DNA of 64,000 nt from positions 25,050,001 to 25,114,000 of the forward strand of contig NC_087245.1 of NCBI RefSeq assembly GCF_037042905.1. Reading direction: 5' to 3'. A program made the position numbers and the translations under genes. The notes under the pieces were generated by a model, which searched no databases, was not told the origin of the DNA, and worked only from the letters and a program-made list of their open reading frames with translations. Numbering within the stretch: position 1 is the stretch's first letter; every line of letters starts with the position of its first letter. This stretch comes from Lytechinus pictus (Eukaryota). Shown here piece by piece: positions 1 to 13,135 of the stretch.

Positions 1-478
1 CTCCTCTGTCATTAGGGTCACTCTTAGCAGCAGTTGGGGAAGAAACTCTATGGCAACGATCAATTTCATCCATCTTTAAGTTAACTCCTAGCTTCTTCTG
101 AGCAAGTTCGATGATAAGGGCGTCTGTGTCTTCATTAGGTGTTTCCTGGATTCCATGAACACGAATACTATTTCTCCTTGTGTACTGTTCAAGAGCGTTT
201 AGCTTACGATCGGTCAAAGAAACGTTGTTAGTAGCAGAAGCAATGGTTTTCTTCAAATTTTCAATCTCATTAGATTTGGATTCAACCTTAGCCTCTAGAT
301 CCATAATCTTTCCTTCTTGTTCTTCAACTGTTTTCACCAATGCATCTAGCACTATTTGTTCTTTGATGGCTTCTTTCACTGTTGTTTTTAGGTAACTTTT
401 GAATTCCTCATTTTTCAGAAGTTCTACAATAACATCTTGTGCAAGCTCGGATGGTGTAGCTTTCTTTTCTCTAGGCAT
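1..478 (-). mobile_element. LINE (L2/CR1-group-like) ORF1 N-terminal part, open to the window edge, inside a CAND1 intron
   Basis: Manual translation from ATG 478: MPREKKATPSELAQDVIVELLKNEEFK...KVESKSNEIENLKKTIAS...KLNALEQYTRRNSIRVHGIQETPNEDTDALIIELAQKKLGVNLKMDEIDRCHRV. This is a coiled coil followed by the LEQYxRRNxIRxxGI...IDRxHR signature of L1-type RRM ORF1 proteins. No stop before position 1. Confidence 0.85.
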
Positions 479-1090
479 GATAAGCTCTAAAACTCAAGGG
501 GTCAATTCGTAATTCAGAACCCCTGTAGAAGCTAAGCCGTAAGACTAGTAGTAGTAGTAGATCTACAGTACATGTACTATGTAGATTTAGCTGATTTTTA
601 GCTAATAATATCACTCCAAAAACCAAGCTGGAGAGCCCCAAAACAGCAATAAAAGTTCCACACCAGAGTAGTGATTGTACAAAATAAACAACCCTTTCGG
701 TCACAGTTCAACAATAATGTATGATAGTCTATGTAGATCTATAATCCAGATTAAACTAACCATCGAGTTCCAGCAAAATTATGTGTACGTGGGACTGTAC
801 ACAATCATCCAACTTACTGTGGTACCGAGAACTGCAAATAAGATCATGTAGACCTGGCAAGATGTGGCTCAAAAATATGCTTCTACATTCCAGACGGGTT
901 CATCAAACAGTCTATGATGAGGAATCACGAAATAAAACTTATTTATAAGTCTAAAAAAGTCCGAAATTAAAATCTTACTGACTCTTACTAACTGCTCATC
1001 ACCTCAGAGAATAAAGCAAAGCTTTAAAAAAGTGATAAATATTACTCAACCATTTGGCTTACCATACTCTGTTAATTATGGAACACCCAC

Positions 1091-1217
1091 CTGATTGCTC
1101 CGATGCACTGTACATATGTCCTTGTAGTAGAAGAGCTCTTGTTAGCACTCAGTTCACTGAGCAGGTAGTCCATCAAATCAGAGAAAAGTTTGACACTGCT
1201 ACTCATGACCAGGTGAC
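1091..1217 (-). CDS. CAND1: CAND1 coding exon 8
   Basis: [41 protein letters not shown]. Confidence 0.93.
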
Positions 1218-4200
1218 CTGAATAAACAAATAATTGTCAATGGCCGATTGAGATTACAGCTACTCATGATACAAAAATTTATAGAGCATGATCTACACAC
1301 TACTCATAGTATTATTACTCTGGCTTTGCCTGACTGCCATCTTCAGAGCTGCCAACCTTGTGCAAGCAAAAAAAGGAATCATTATGGCCAAAAAAAGGAA
1401 TTTCCAACAAAAAAAAGGAATGTGTTAAAACGAACCTTAAAACCACACGCAACAAACATCCAATGCAAAAAGTATGTATGCAGTGAACAATTTAAAAAAA
1501 GTTAATCTCTAGGCCTAGTCTGGGCTAAGTAACGGAGTGTTACAAATTGGACCCTTAGTCTTGGGCCGTTTGATATAATCTACCAACTTTAATTAAGTCA
1601 GTAGCAGGGCTTGAATTAAGAATTGAGAGGGGCAAGGCCATTTTTAAATGGGCACTTTCAGCTTGGGGCAACCGGCAAAGTGGCCTTGAATGCCGCAAAA
1701 TTTCAAGGGGTATCAAGGCCATTCTAAAGGGCATGAAGGCCACTTTTATTCTAGTCAAATGGGCACCTAGGCAAATTTTTCTAAAAATGATAAGTAGCTA
1801 GGCCTTTCATTTTGTAGTGCAACCTACTCCGGCACTTATCAAAGTGAAGATCTGTCGAGAAAAAATTCTTTCAGGGGCCAGGGCACCAAAATCAGTTCTG
1901 GTGAACATTTTTAGGGCTCCATTTTTCTGGGGCTTCCTTTCCACTTCTAAAATAATTCATTGTTTTATGTTGAGTTTCCAGACAAAACTACCAATTTGTA
2001 GACTAAGAGAAATAAAAAAAAAAGTTGACATCAGTTCAGACTTCTCTTCCCAAGTAACATTGTTTTTGCCAAACAGTACCCTTTAAAATTAAAGTGTCAT
2101 AAAATGGAAGTGTACATGTAACATTCCACAAATATAGAAAAATTATTCATAAATCAATCTAATCTAAAATTCAAATAGATCTATAGATAAGATTAAGAAG
2201 TTGAAATCATTCCACAAAAGTCCCATCGTAAATCACTTCACGATGTGCACAGCTCAGCCTCAATCACACTGCACGCACACTCAATCATCCCCAGCAGTGA
2301 CAGCACTATAGAGCAGACATCTAGGCCGCCAGAACCGGGAAGAAATCTTCCCATTCCTGCTAAACTGAATGCTAAAGTGCCGACTTTTTTAATGAATTCC
2401 AAAGGCAGTAGGACATCTCTCTAGTATAAATCATGTGAAACTGTCAATAAATGTTGAATATCACCCAGAATTATTACTTCAGGGGACAATGAAGAGCTTT
2501 CCAGGTCTTTTCAAAGCCGAATTCATCGTATTTGTTTGATACGAGTTGATGAAAATTAACCAGACAGTACCGTTATCCGAAGGGAATTGATATTAATCAA
2601 TTCAAGAAAATAGCCTCAAAATTTCATTTCTTTATCACTACAATTAATTTTAAAGTATATGAAAAATATCTTTTGATGATTCAATCTTTAATATATATGA
2701 TGAGTATTTTTGTAAAATTTTGCAAATGGAATAATAATTTCCCTCAAACCTCCAAATCCCCTCCATTACAAATGGACTCTTCTCTTACTACATTTGGGGA
2801 ATTACCCTACCCAATTCATCGTACTCCTCGCTCTGCGCTGCAAGAACAAACGTTGGCTCCACTCACCTGAAGAGTGTTGGCCCGTGCGTAAAGACAACGT
2901 ATTAGCAGTAACGTTAGATCTAACATTCGGCGGAAATCTGATTTTCGGATCGTTTTTTTGTACATAAAACATCACTTTATAGGAAAGAAATTACATGCAA
3001 ATTTAAGATAAAATATATAAAATTCAGAAATATCGTACCTTAGACCGCAGTTACTGTTATTTCCTTTCAAATGATGATCAAAACATAATCATCCTCGATC
3101 ATTTCGTTTGTCATCGTAAGTTGCCATCTTGGATGACGTCATCATCCTTACAGACGTATTTACCAGTCGCTGTACATCGCGATTCGTACCATGCATGCCG
3201 CTCGCATATTCAACTAACGTATATGTACGTGCACGCTATCAAATTATTAAAGTGCGTTGGAAAACTGGCCGGCAGGCGACTACGCACGCGCAAGTACCAG
3301 GCTCATCTCGGGCTCAACACGCACTCCACATACATACAATTATGTACACACATTATCAAAATTGTCAAAAAACGTAATTTGAAAAGAAAAACCATAATGC
3401 CGTAATTTGAATGAAAAAACGTAATGATTACGGCAAAAACGTAATGGTTGGCAGCTCTGCATCTTGATGCACAGGCATTTCATTGAAGAGATATTCCTGC
3501 CAGGCACCTATTTACTACTGTACATCAGGATCTAGTGCAGCACCATGTGGATAAACTTCTTGGTGAAGGAAGTAATGCTATGGCTGGATTCAAACCAATG
3601 TCCCTCTGATTCAAAGATGAGGGTTTAAACCACGAGACCACAATGCTTCCACACACATTATCTCAACAATTTCAAATTTTTCGAGAGAATCACAAAGAAA
3701 TAGCTCTGCTGCTATGTCAGCACCTATACAATAAGATCATTTATGCAGATATATGTGACATTACTAAGCAGGGATGCCAGTCAGTTTTAGAGACTGGGCC
3801 AGAAAAGAAGACAGAACATGATAAAGTCTCACATTAGTTGAAAAATATAAAGCCTGCAAATCCTGAAGACTGACATCTCGACAAGACTGACATAGTCCAG
3901 TGTATTAAAGGAATAGAAGAGTTTTTATTCTGAAAAATGTATTCTGTGACATTTGTAACTTCAGCATCTAGCTAGATTACATGTATGTGACAAAACCTAC
4001 CACACTTTTCATGAATTTTGGCTGTAGGCTTTGCGACTATGTACCACTTAAGATTCATGGAAAGGAATAGTCTGATAACAAATGCAGATGTTCACAATGA
4101 CAAACAGAGAAGACTTACCAATAGCAATGATAGTTCGTTTTCTGACAGCCATCCTTGGACTAGCAAGCTGAGGAAGAAGGGAGGATTGGATTGATGGATG

Positions 4201-7200
4201 GAAACTCACTAACAGACCTTAATAATGGAGAAATCAAACAAAATGAGAACATCAATATTTCTAAGGGCTTCAAGATATTTCAAGGACATGTATCTCCAAA
4301 ATATCATATACTGAAATGAATACATTCAGAAAAATGATATCAAACCAAAAGAAAACAAATGACTTCAAAATTAATCAAATATATTTGGAAAGAGACTTTT
4401 TAACCAACTTACCAAAGTTTGTGGTAGTAAACATCAACTGAAACTGGCCCAAATTAAGCAATGATATTTCTCATTATTGCCTTTTCTGTAGTTTTTCTCC
4501 TCATTTATTGAATTTCATGATAATAATAATAAGAATAGCCAATTTTTATATAGCGCTTTTCCCAGAATGGCTCAAAGCGCGTTACGGCATATTATTACCC
4601 CGGTCATTGGATTCATTTCAATCCCGCACGAAAAGTGCACAATTTCCACTCCCTGGGGAGCATTCCTTGCATTCATCGCAGCCTCATAATGGCGCTGGCA
4701 AATTTAAACGTACAATATCTTTCGCATCCTACCGGGTACCCATTTAGCACCTGGGTCGAGAGTGGCAAAGTGTGGATTAAAGCCTTGCCAAAGGACGCTA
4801 GACCGCGGTGGGATTCGAACACACGACCCTCTGTTTACAAGGCGAGAGTCAGAACCACTACACCACGGCTCTTCCATGATGAATGTCGCAAATGGTAAAT
4901 GGCCATGATATTCAAAGCTATTCAGTCAACTCATTTTTTTTAGCTGGTTTATGAATACATTTAGAAGTTAACAGGATGCTGTAACACAAAGCATTGCACT
5001 CGATCGTGGAACAAATTTAGCTATTGATTGCATTAAGCAGTGTACAATCACTTGTACGATTTTTTTATGAGACCCAGAGAGTGCTTTTTTTTCCAATAAG
5101 TATTCATGACAAGAACAAATACTTTGCTGCTGTCTGTTGCCACCTGACCAAGAAATTGTCAGAAGCAGATGGTATCTTTAGACTTCAGTAAGTGACAGAT
5201 CTTTCAAGACAGACCATCAAAATATTTTTCCCAATTACCTCCAAATCTGCTGAGAAGATCACCCAAGATGTCTAGGGCTTCCAATTTGACTGACACATCC
5301 TCTTGCTGGAAACAAACAAAAGAAAGAAAATAAAATTTAGTTGTCATTTAAAAATAAATAACATATAATCAACTTCTGATTTTAATTCACAATTCAGCAG
5401 ATTGCATTTTGTAAATGCTATATTGATCAGGGAAAATCAGTTTCTCAAAGATTCTGCTCATTCTGCTGTAAGAATGGGTAAAAATATCTAGGGGAGGGGG
5501 GCGGGGCATACCATAATCTTTCATGAAACCTCTAATATCGACATTCTTCATACTAAGAAAGTGAGAAAGCATACTTACCATGGCAATGGCATTGGTTAGC
5601 CTGCCAGTGATGCTCTTACATATGTTAGCTGCCAAAGGGCTGGAAGCAGGTGGCAGTTCATTGATGACTGTCTTCAGACCTATGTTACAAAATATAAAAA
5701 TAAATCATTTATAACCAATGATTCTAACCTCATTTTTTTTTCCACATGATACATCAATGTTCTTAACCTCATTAATTCTTGAACATCAACATTGTTACAA
5801 TGTTCATGGCTCCATTGGAGATACCGATATCAGGATGTACTTGCTTGAGGACTTCTTTTCATTTTGGGGATATGGACATGTCTCTTTAAAAAAAATTGTA
5901 TATCCATATCAACCCCTCAAATATGAATGAAACCAGAGATAATATTTATCTAATTTCAAGTTGAGCAGTAATATAGACATGCCCAATAGAAAAGTTGCCG
6001 AGCCGTAAAATTATTGTATTTTAAAACCCATAAGTGCTTGATTTAATTAATTGGCAAAATTTAAAAAAGGATAAAATACGTTCCACATTGACCAAGGAAA
6101 CAATGAAATTCTGATAGATCCTTAAATACAGTATGCCAATTAATAGGATGTAAAGGGAGATAATCTTTAAAATTGAAAAAAGTTCTAAAATAATATCTAT
6201 ATAACAACTATTAAGAGAGAATCAAGCGTTGTAAACAACTTTTACAGTCTTTGCCCATCACAGTCATCTTTAGCATGCATGAAACCTATCCTTACCATCC
6301 TATCATATTACCCCACCTTCATCAACTAAAGGGTGTACATGTATGTATGCTCAATTACACTGGCTGTCATAAACATGGTAACAGATACGAGTACATATAG
6401 CTGCATGACAGACATCGCTGTTCACACATAAGCCAGTCAAAACTGTCAGCATAGTACATGGCATGTATACATGGCATGTATGCCAAGTACATGTATTCAG
6501 AAATAAGGTAGTCTCTCAATTTTCTTTTTATTTGAATAAGCAAGTTTTTTGTAACTAAGAATACAAAAATATATTTATTTTTGTGTAATGTGAATGCACA
6601 TGACTCTATTTTCTGCAAGGAGTCTCTCCCACACAAACAAGAAAATAATAAGTCAAGTGTTTTCATATCATCTTACCTAAAACATAAAAATAAATAACCA
6701 AAAACAAGATGGTTAACAAACCACTTGTCTCGCCTCATTTTTGTGATTATTAAAACCTGCAAAATGACCTTTTTACTCCTAGATGACCTTTGCCCTCGCC
6801 ATCTCTATCTCCACAAATGTGATATTACCCAGGAATCATTTGTACCAAGTATGAACGCAATTGATGCAGAAACAAAGAAACGAGAGCAAGTTAAACAAAA
6901 ACTTTTAAATTTTTGTAACAGACTAACAGACCATCAGGAAAACTGATCACTAGGTCTCTGCTGAACTTAGTTCAATCGAGACAAAAAAGAGCTACCAACC
7001 TTACAACAAACATTTCTTTGGGGGGAGGGGGCCTACTTGGTATTTATACCCTTCCTTCAGAGATTGATAGCACTTGGCTTTCCATGTATATCCAAAGAGT
7101 TAATGCTACTTACCAATGCTGGAGATATCTCTCAGTTGTTCTTTATCTGAGAGCATATTGTTACACAGTGTATCCACAATCGTCTCCACTTGGTACTCCT

Positions 7201-10200
7201 TGACCTTTGACACTAATGGACCCAAGCTGAAATGAATCAATAATAAGATTGTGGTAAAAGTCACTTAATTTGTAAAATGTTCAAAATAGAATAATAAATT
7301 ACTTTGTCCTGGGCCCTGTAACGTGAAATATAAAATCAATTGTACAAATCAGTGTAACTGCACATGTACGTCTTCTGTCTATGGAAAACCATGAACAAAA
7401 AGATACAATTCATTGTAAATATTGCATCCCCTGATTTCCAATCAATTTGTATTCATATCATCAGTACTTACTAGCTTTGGGCAATATGATTACATATGAA
7501 TTCATATTTCCATCAATTTATGCAGGAGTCATAAAATAAAACAAATCTTTAAATATTCCACCTTTAGTTATGCTAAAAGTGTGTCAAAAATTTTGACAAT
7601 GAACCAATACTGTGAACTACATCACATGTATCTGACATCCAAATCTAACAAAAAATCACAATTGCGACCATTACATCATTTTCACAGATATCATTTTCTT
7701 TTAAATGTCCCCCCCCCCCCCAAGTTGGAGAGTGGAGGGGTGAGTAGAAGAAAATGAAATCTAAGTTTTATATCATTTATCTCTACAGCAGCAAGACCAT
7801 TGTTTTGGATTCTAAACTTTAATCTAACTTTAAACTATTATCAAAGACCTGTTGAACAAGTTGAAAAACTCTCATACAAGTAGGAATTTCTACATAATCT
7901 CACAACAATGGAATATATATTTTACCATTTGACGGCCAAGTTCTGGACTTCTCCATTCTTATCTTCCAACAACTTCAAGAGCATCCTCACCACCTGGATT
8001 TTTATGAGAAAAATTTGAAACAAATTATGAACTCAAACCTAGGGGAAAGGGGTTACAATATTCATAATGGGCAAATACACACGTCAATAACCAATCTTCA
8101 TGCATCAGGCCTAACTTGTGTGTATGCTTTATGTTGATTAAAGAATAAGTAAGTACTGATAATCGTAAATTGAAAATAAAAACAATTGCACTAGGATTTC
8201 AAAAATCTACTGAAATTTGAAATCCACAATCTCTTTATGAACGCCTATCCCAGCTTGCTCCATGGGTAACAACACAAATAATAGTACTTAATGTTTATTG
8301 TGCCATGATGCCCATTGATAGCAATAAAGTATACCAATATCTTACATATCACAAAAATCATGTAAATTTCTTAACAAAATGGAAGTGTCAAATATAAATT
8401 AGGGATGTACAATAGGTGGTGCAAAACCTTAAATCACTTTCCATGAGAGCTTTTCATTGGAGCTAATATCTATCATGCATGTATACTTGAGTTTTATTTC
8501 CTATTATTGTAAATTCCCAAAGGGATTGCAGCCACCAACCATGGACATTTATGTGGTAGTTTACAGTACATTCAATTTCTTGGCCTTAGCTATGAACGTA
8601 ATTTTGTTATCAATTCTCAACTGTCTTGGGGGGGGGGTGGGGGTAGAAACGTTCAACAAAAATTCTACCTCAAGCAAACATCATCCAAAAAATCATTAGT
8701 TTCAATGCAGGTTTTATTTTGATTTAGTTTTTCAAAAAAAATGATCACAATAATTCATTCTTACACAATTTACCGGTATCTTTTCTATTAAACACATAGG
8801 GGCTAAACCTATCAGGCCTATTGTGACACTTTGGCTGGCAGATCACCCTAAAACACTGTGTAAGTTTTTCCCTGTTGTAAATCATGCTGGGAAAATTACA
8901 GTACTTACCTTTTTCTCACTGTCATCATCAAGCTTGATGGAGTCTTTCTGAAGCTCAGTCATCAGATCATTAGTTGCCATAAACCGAAAATCCTTATCAC
9001 TGGACGTCATCTGTATAGAAAATTAATATAATAATTTGTTGGGTTTTTTTTCAAATCCAAATATAACTATTAATTACCGGTACTAGATTGTGTGATGTGC
9101 AATAAAACATACCAAGACAGAAAATGATTCTTAAAAAGGGGGCTTTAGAAAAAAAAGGATAAACTGGGGAGAGAGTTATCAAGTTTTTTTAGCTGCATGA
9201 GGGACTATCCCATCAAGTAAATGAATCATGATCCTGCCATTCCCAAAAGCTACAACTGAAAGCCATCCCAGCAAATCACGTGGTCTACATGTATGTACAT
9301 GTACCCAATAAAAAAATAACATACTTGGAAAAGGATTTGTAATGTAAATGGGAAAGATTGCAAAATATGAAAACATTACAATATTGAGACTTAATTAAAT
9401 CAGGGCTGAAAACTTTGTCTCCTCAGAAAATAAAAATTCATCTACAGGTCAATTATATTCCTGACTTTTTAACCATTATTTTGTTTGAAGGCAAGTCCAT
9501 CCAAATGACAAATAGTTTTCACTCAAACAAGCATAACAATGAAAATTTCATCAAAATCAGGTGTACATCAAAATGTTTTAATAGCACTTTTAACTTTTGC
9601 CTAGACTTCTACATCGCAAAACAATGTAGCTAACACAAGCACTATGCTAATGAGGGACCAACTCATATCACACTTATAATTTATTTCTTTCATGATATCA
9701 AATGGGATTTTAAACCTGTAATGGAAAAACAGGATTTGACTAAACTTTGAACATACATGTATGAAATTACCATTATTTCAACTTATTATGAATCAATCAA
9801 GAACCTCTTTACTGTATTTAAAAATTATATCTGACGAACCAGAAAGAAAATCTGGCAATGTTTACACCACCATTTTGGCTTTTGTTAAGGAAAGCTGTTG
9901 CGCATTACCAATGAGCCGATCATGAAGCAGGACAATCACAATACTGCATGGCTTCAATTGTCTAGCTGGCTTGCCAATCGGCCCTATGATTGCGCAACTT
10001 AACTTCATTCCATGACAAAATGTTGTGATGATTGGATAAGTGCTGGCTTGTGAAAACAAGATTGAATGTTAAATCTTGGCACATGTCAAATAAAGGGTGC
10101 ATTAACATTTTAAATTATACCCTATCATGCAAACCCATCATTGATCTGGTCTGGAAGTACGTGACGTTCTTACTTTTAAAAATGCAATATATCAGGGGAA

Positions 10201-10904
10201 AAATTGAATATTTGAGAGAATTTGTGGATACTTTTATCTCATACGCATATTTGGGTAGACTATAAGTATAATTTTTTTTGGCAAAGTTGAAGTTTGAACA
10301 CTGCTGATTAAATATTACCGATGGCGAACTAACGAGTTTGCATTTTACCTTTTTTGCATTGCCATTGCATGGATAGACTGGAACCCGGTTATTTTTTTCC
10401 TTCTTCTTCTTACATTATAGTATGTCCCTCTTGTAGAGTATTTCCATACTTGTCACAATTATAACTTTCTCTCTTTTTCAATTTTTATTTTTAAAAAATT
10501 CTTCAACGTGACAACAGATCATGGTCAATAAATGAATAACGGACAGATAGAATCATGAAATTGATGCAAGACTCTATAGTATAGTATAAATGGAAACTTT
10601 ATTTTTTGTTGCTCTGTTTGTTTGAAATATTTGGAACCTTATACCAACGGTAACCCGATTATTCTTGGCCGCGCACACATTCACAAGAATCCCGAGGCTG
10701 AACTCCACCGACGCGACGCCGACAATAATTTGGCGGCGGAGCCGTGTTCCCTTACTAACTGCGCTGAGTTACATACGCCGTACGCAACGTGTGGGACTGA
10801 AATTGGGCAGTACCCGGCAAATTACGCTGCTCTGAACAATACACAAAATTTGTATCCATTACCTTCTCCAAGAGATTGGAGATGATGTAAGAGAAGCTTG
10901 CCAT
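1091..10904 (-). CDS. CAND1: Cullin-associated NEDD8-dissociated protein 1, 5' part (coding exons 1-8; gene continues beyond left edge)
   Basis: Exons 10904-10863, 9010-8909, 7993-7926, 7226-7114, 5679-5579, 5305-5239, 4217-4119 and 1217-1091 splice in phase (GT-AG) to [119 protein letters not shown]..., the highly conserved CAND1 N-terminus. Confidence 0.97.
1344..3459. mobile_element. Non-autonomous TIR DNA transposon (~2.1 kb) with 6-bp TSD
   Basis: TIR CAGAGCTGCCAACC (1344-1357) / GGTTGGCAGCTCTG (3446-3459). CATCTT is duplicated at 1338-1343 and 3460-3465. Subterminal repeats are AAAAAAGGAAT (left) and AAAAACGTAAT (right). Confidence 0.8.
3490..3650 (-). mobile_element. Degenerate tRNA-derived SINE head
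   Basis: Divergent similarity to the SINE at 4519-4871 (ggattcaaacc...ccctctgattcaaagatgag...accac). Confidence 0.45.
4119..4217 (-). CDS. CAND1: CAND1 coding exon 7
   Basis: [33 protein letters not shown]. Confidence 0.95.
4519..4871 (-). mobile_element. tRNA-derived SINE (family A)
   Basis: The minus strand begins GAGCCGTGGTGTAGTGGTT (A box)...GTTCGAATCCC (B box), followed by a body with CCCAGGTGCTAAATGGGTACC, an L2-like 3' end (AAAGCGCT..TATAAA) and a (TTA)n tail. A near-identical copy lies at 50895-51236. Confidence 0.88.
5239..5305 (-). CDS. CAND1: CAND1 coding exon 6
   Basis: [23 protein letters not shown]. Confidence 0.95.
5579..5679 (-). CDS. CAND1: CAND1 coding exon 5
   Basis: [33 protein letters not shown]. 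Confidence 0.95.
7114..7226 (-). CDS. CAND1: CAND1 coding exon 4
   Basis: [38 protein letters not shown]. Confidence 0.96.
7926..7993 (-). CDS. CAND1: CAND1 coding exon 3
   Basis: [23 protein letters not shown]. Confidence 0.96.
8909..9010 (-). CDS. CAND1: CAND1 coding exon 2
   Basis: [38 protein letters not shown] bounded. Confidence 0.96.
10863..10904 (-). CDS. CAND1: CAND1 coding exon 1
   Basis: [14 protein letters not shown], then GT donor. Confidence 0.93.
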
Positions 10905-11029
10905 GGTTTCCTGATTTTCCTTAACCCAGATTGATGATGAACGTCTCAAAAGGTTATAGGTAAAGCAGAATAGTCCTAATAGAAGATGATCTGAGTTCAC
11001 AAGATCAACATGGCACTGTCAACTCTTAC

Positions 11030-11039
11030 GCGCATGCGC
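11030..11039. promoter_or_regulatory. NRF1/P3A2-type palindrome GCGCATGCGC in the putative CAND1 promoter
   Basis: Exact motif ~125 bp upstream of the CAND1 ATG. Confidence 0.5.
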
Positions 11040-12099
11040 GAGAACGATCGAGCTGAACTTATTTTCGATTTCATTATCAGCAGAAGATGAAGATACATTA
11101 TTTCCAAAATTATTATATTCTTTTATTTTTTTACTCCTCGATAAGTAAGTCCCACATGGCCCTACCCCTGTAACCCCGCTGAAGCACCCCAAGATTTTTC
11201 CGGGGGTGCTGCGTGTATTATTCTCCATAGGCAGCACCCCTGGAGGTCTGGTAGGTGTGAAAAAATTGATAAAAATGACCTTCATTTTATAGAGAACCCC
11301 TCTCCGTTGTGGGGGAGGGGGGCCTTGTGAAATTTCTCGGGACCAAAATGATCTTTAATTTTTAGTGAATCAAAAGCTGGTATCTTGCCTCTAATAATTC
11401 GAGATTCTTCATCGGTTACAGAGAATAATATTAATTTGTGTTTCAATCATCTATAAAAGTATAGCTTCATAACTATGAGCAATAGGCCTACTCGCTCGTT
11501 GAATTTTTTTTTCAGGGGGCTGTCAAAATATTAAGTCTATAAAAATTCAATACTTTCTAAGTTTCTCTGCAAGAAAAATAGACAAGCAAGGGGTCGCTCC
11601 AAAATTTTCATTTTTATCTCTATTCACATTTTGGGTGAAAACGTGAAATAAAGTTGAAGAAAGAAAAGGAACTGAGAAACAGAAAGAGAAAAGGACGAGA
11701 AACCAAAGGAGAGAAGGGAAATGAAACTAAGAAGAAGAACAGAAAAATAGAAGAAAACAAGAAAATGAAGGAGGAAGAATAAAAAAAAAAACATCAAAGG
11801 ATAACGAAGGAAAAATGTCATTATCATTATTTTAGCGATTATCGATATCATAATTAAAACCATTGTACTTATCATCATTGATGCTATTGCTTATTTTTCA
11901 TTATTGTGTTGTTTTTATTAATCCATCATCTAAGCAGAATAGTCACCATCAACATTAATACAACTTTTTTTTTATTAATTCCCTTTAACAATATTTTTGC
12001 CCTCAACTTTAGCTGTCCGGCTCTTAAAAACTGTATGCGTGAACAAATAAACTGTGTTATATGGCTTTCCACAATAATTATTGTAGGCCTATAATTTTA

Positions 12100-12334
12100 C
12101 ACTCTAAATTCCAAGGATTTAAAATAAATCCAGATCGGCTGTGAATAGTGACCAGCCAAATCTTTTTAAAATTCATTTGAATCTTAAGGATTAACTATTA
12201 AATCTCAAAAGATTTAGATTTAAATCTTTTAGATTTATATCTAAATCAACAAGGTTTAAATCTAAATCTAATATTCAGCTGGTCACTATTCACAGCCGAT
12301 CTGGATTTATTTTAAATCCTTGGAATTTAGAGTG
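12100..12334. mobile_element. MITE with long TIRs, CACT termini, TA TSD
   Basis: CACTCTAAATTCCAAGGATTTAAAATAAATCCAGATCGGCTGTGAATAGTGACCAGC and its perfect reverse complement at the right end, flanked by TA on both sides. Confidence 0.85.
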
Positions 12335-12808
12335 TATTATTTCTTACCTATATATACAACAGTCCTTTGCTCCTTGTGAAAAACTTGTTTCAATAATTTG
12401 ATAGCAGCTTAATGCATTTCATAAAACGATTTTGTGTAAAATCTTGCCAAATTATTGAATTTCATAATCTTTCATATATTAGCAACAGGTCGCAAGGGCG
12501 TATAGGCTGGGGGTGCACTGAGTGCACCGTGCACTCTCCCGCTGAGACAGAGGAGTTCCGACACTGGCAAGCAAAATGAAATTTGGACCCCTTCTTCTGC
12601 TTTCAACAGCGGATTAGTTCCACCTCCCCAAGATGTTCACCTCCCGATGCTCAAACCAGGCTGTAGTATGTCCTTTGTGTTATTTTGTTTGATTACTGTA
12701 TATGTTATGCTTCTTTTCATATGTGTTTATTTTTTTATTGTATATGGACCCCATGGAAGAACTGTATTGTCATGTTGACAAAACTGAATATGGGCTATAC
12801 GTCAGTTT

Positions 12809-12863
<55 letters not shown>

Positions 12864-12870
<7 letters not shown>

Positions 12871-13084
12871 GTGAAAGAAATGGATGAAGAGAACAATGGT
12901 AGGCGTAGCTTAAATCAAGGTTCCCCAGAGCTCCTGGCTTAAAGCCGGGAAAACATTGCTATGTATAAAACATTGCTCTGGGGAACCTTGATTTAAGCTA
13001 CGCCTACCATTGTTCTCTTCATCCATTTCTTTCACACAATATTTAAATAAAAGAGTTGCCAAAGCTGTAGTACATGTATAACTT

Positions 13085-13090
<6 letters not shown>
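12864..13090. repeat. (TA)n-flanked element with a 68-bp perfect inverted repeat; related fragment at ~19015-19085
   Basis: Arms are 12864-12931 and 12975-13042. The tail TTTAAATAAAAGAGTTGCCAAAGCTGT.GTACATGTATAACTT is shared with 19015-19085. (TA)n tracts lie on both sides. Confidence 0.75.

Positions 13091-13135
<45 letters not shown>

Noticed and set aside
4800..4871. tRNA gene (also 50895-50960 and 41950-42020)
   Set aside because: A/B boxes run directly into SINE bodies and tails, without a proper acceptor stem or terminator
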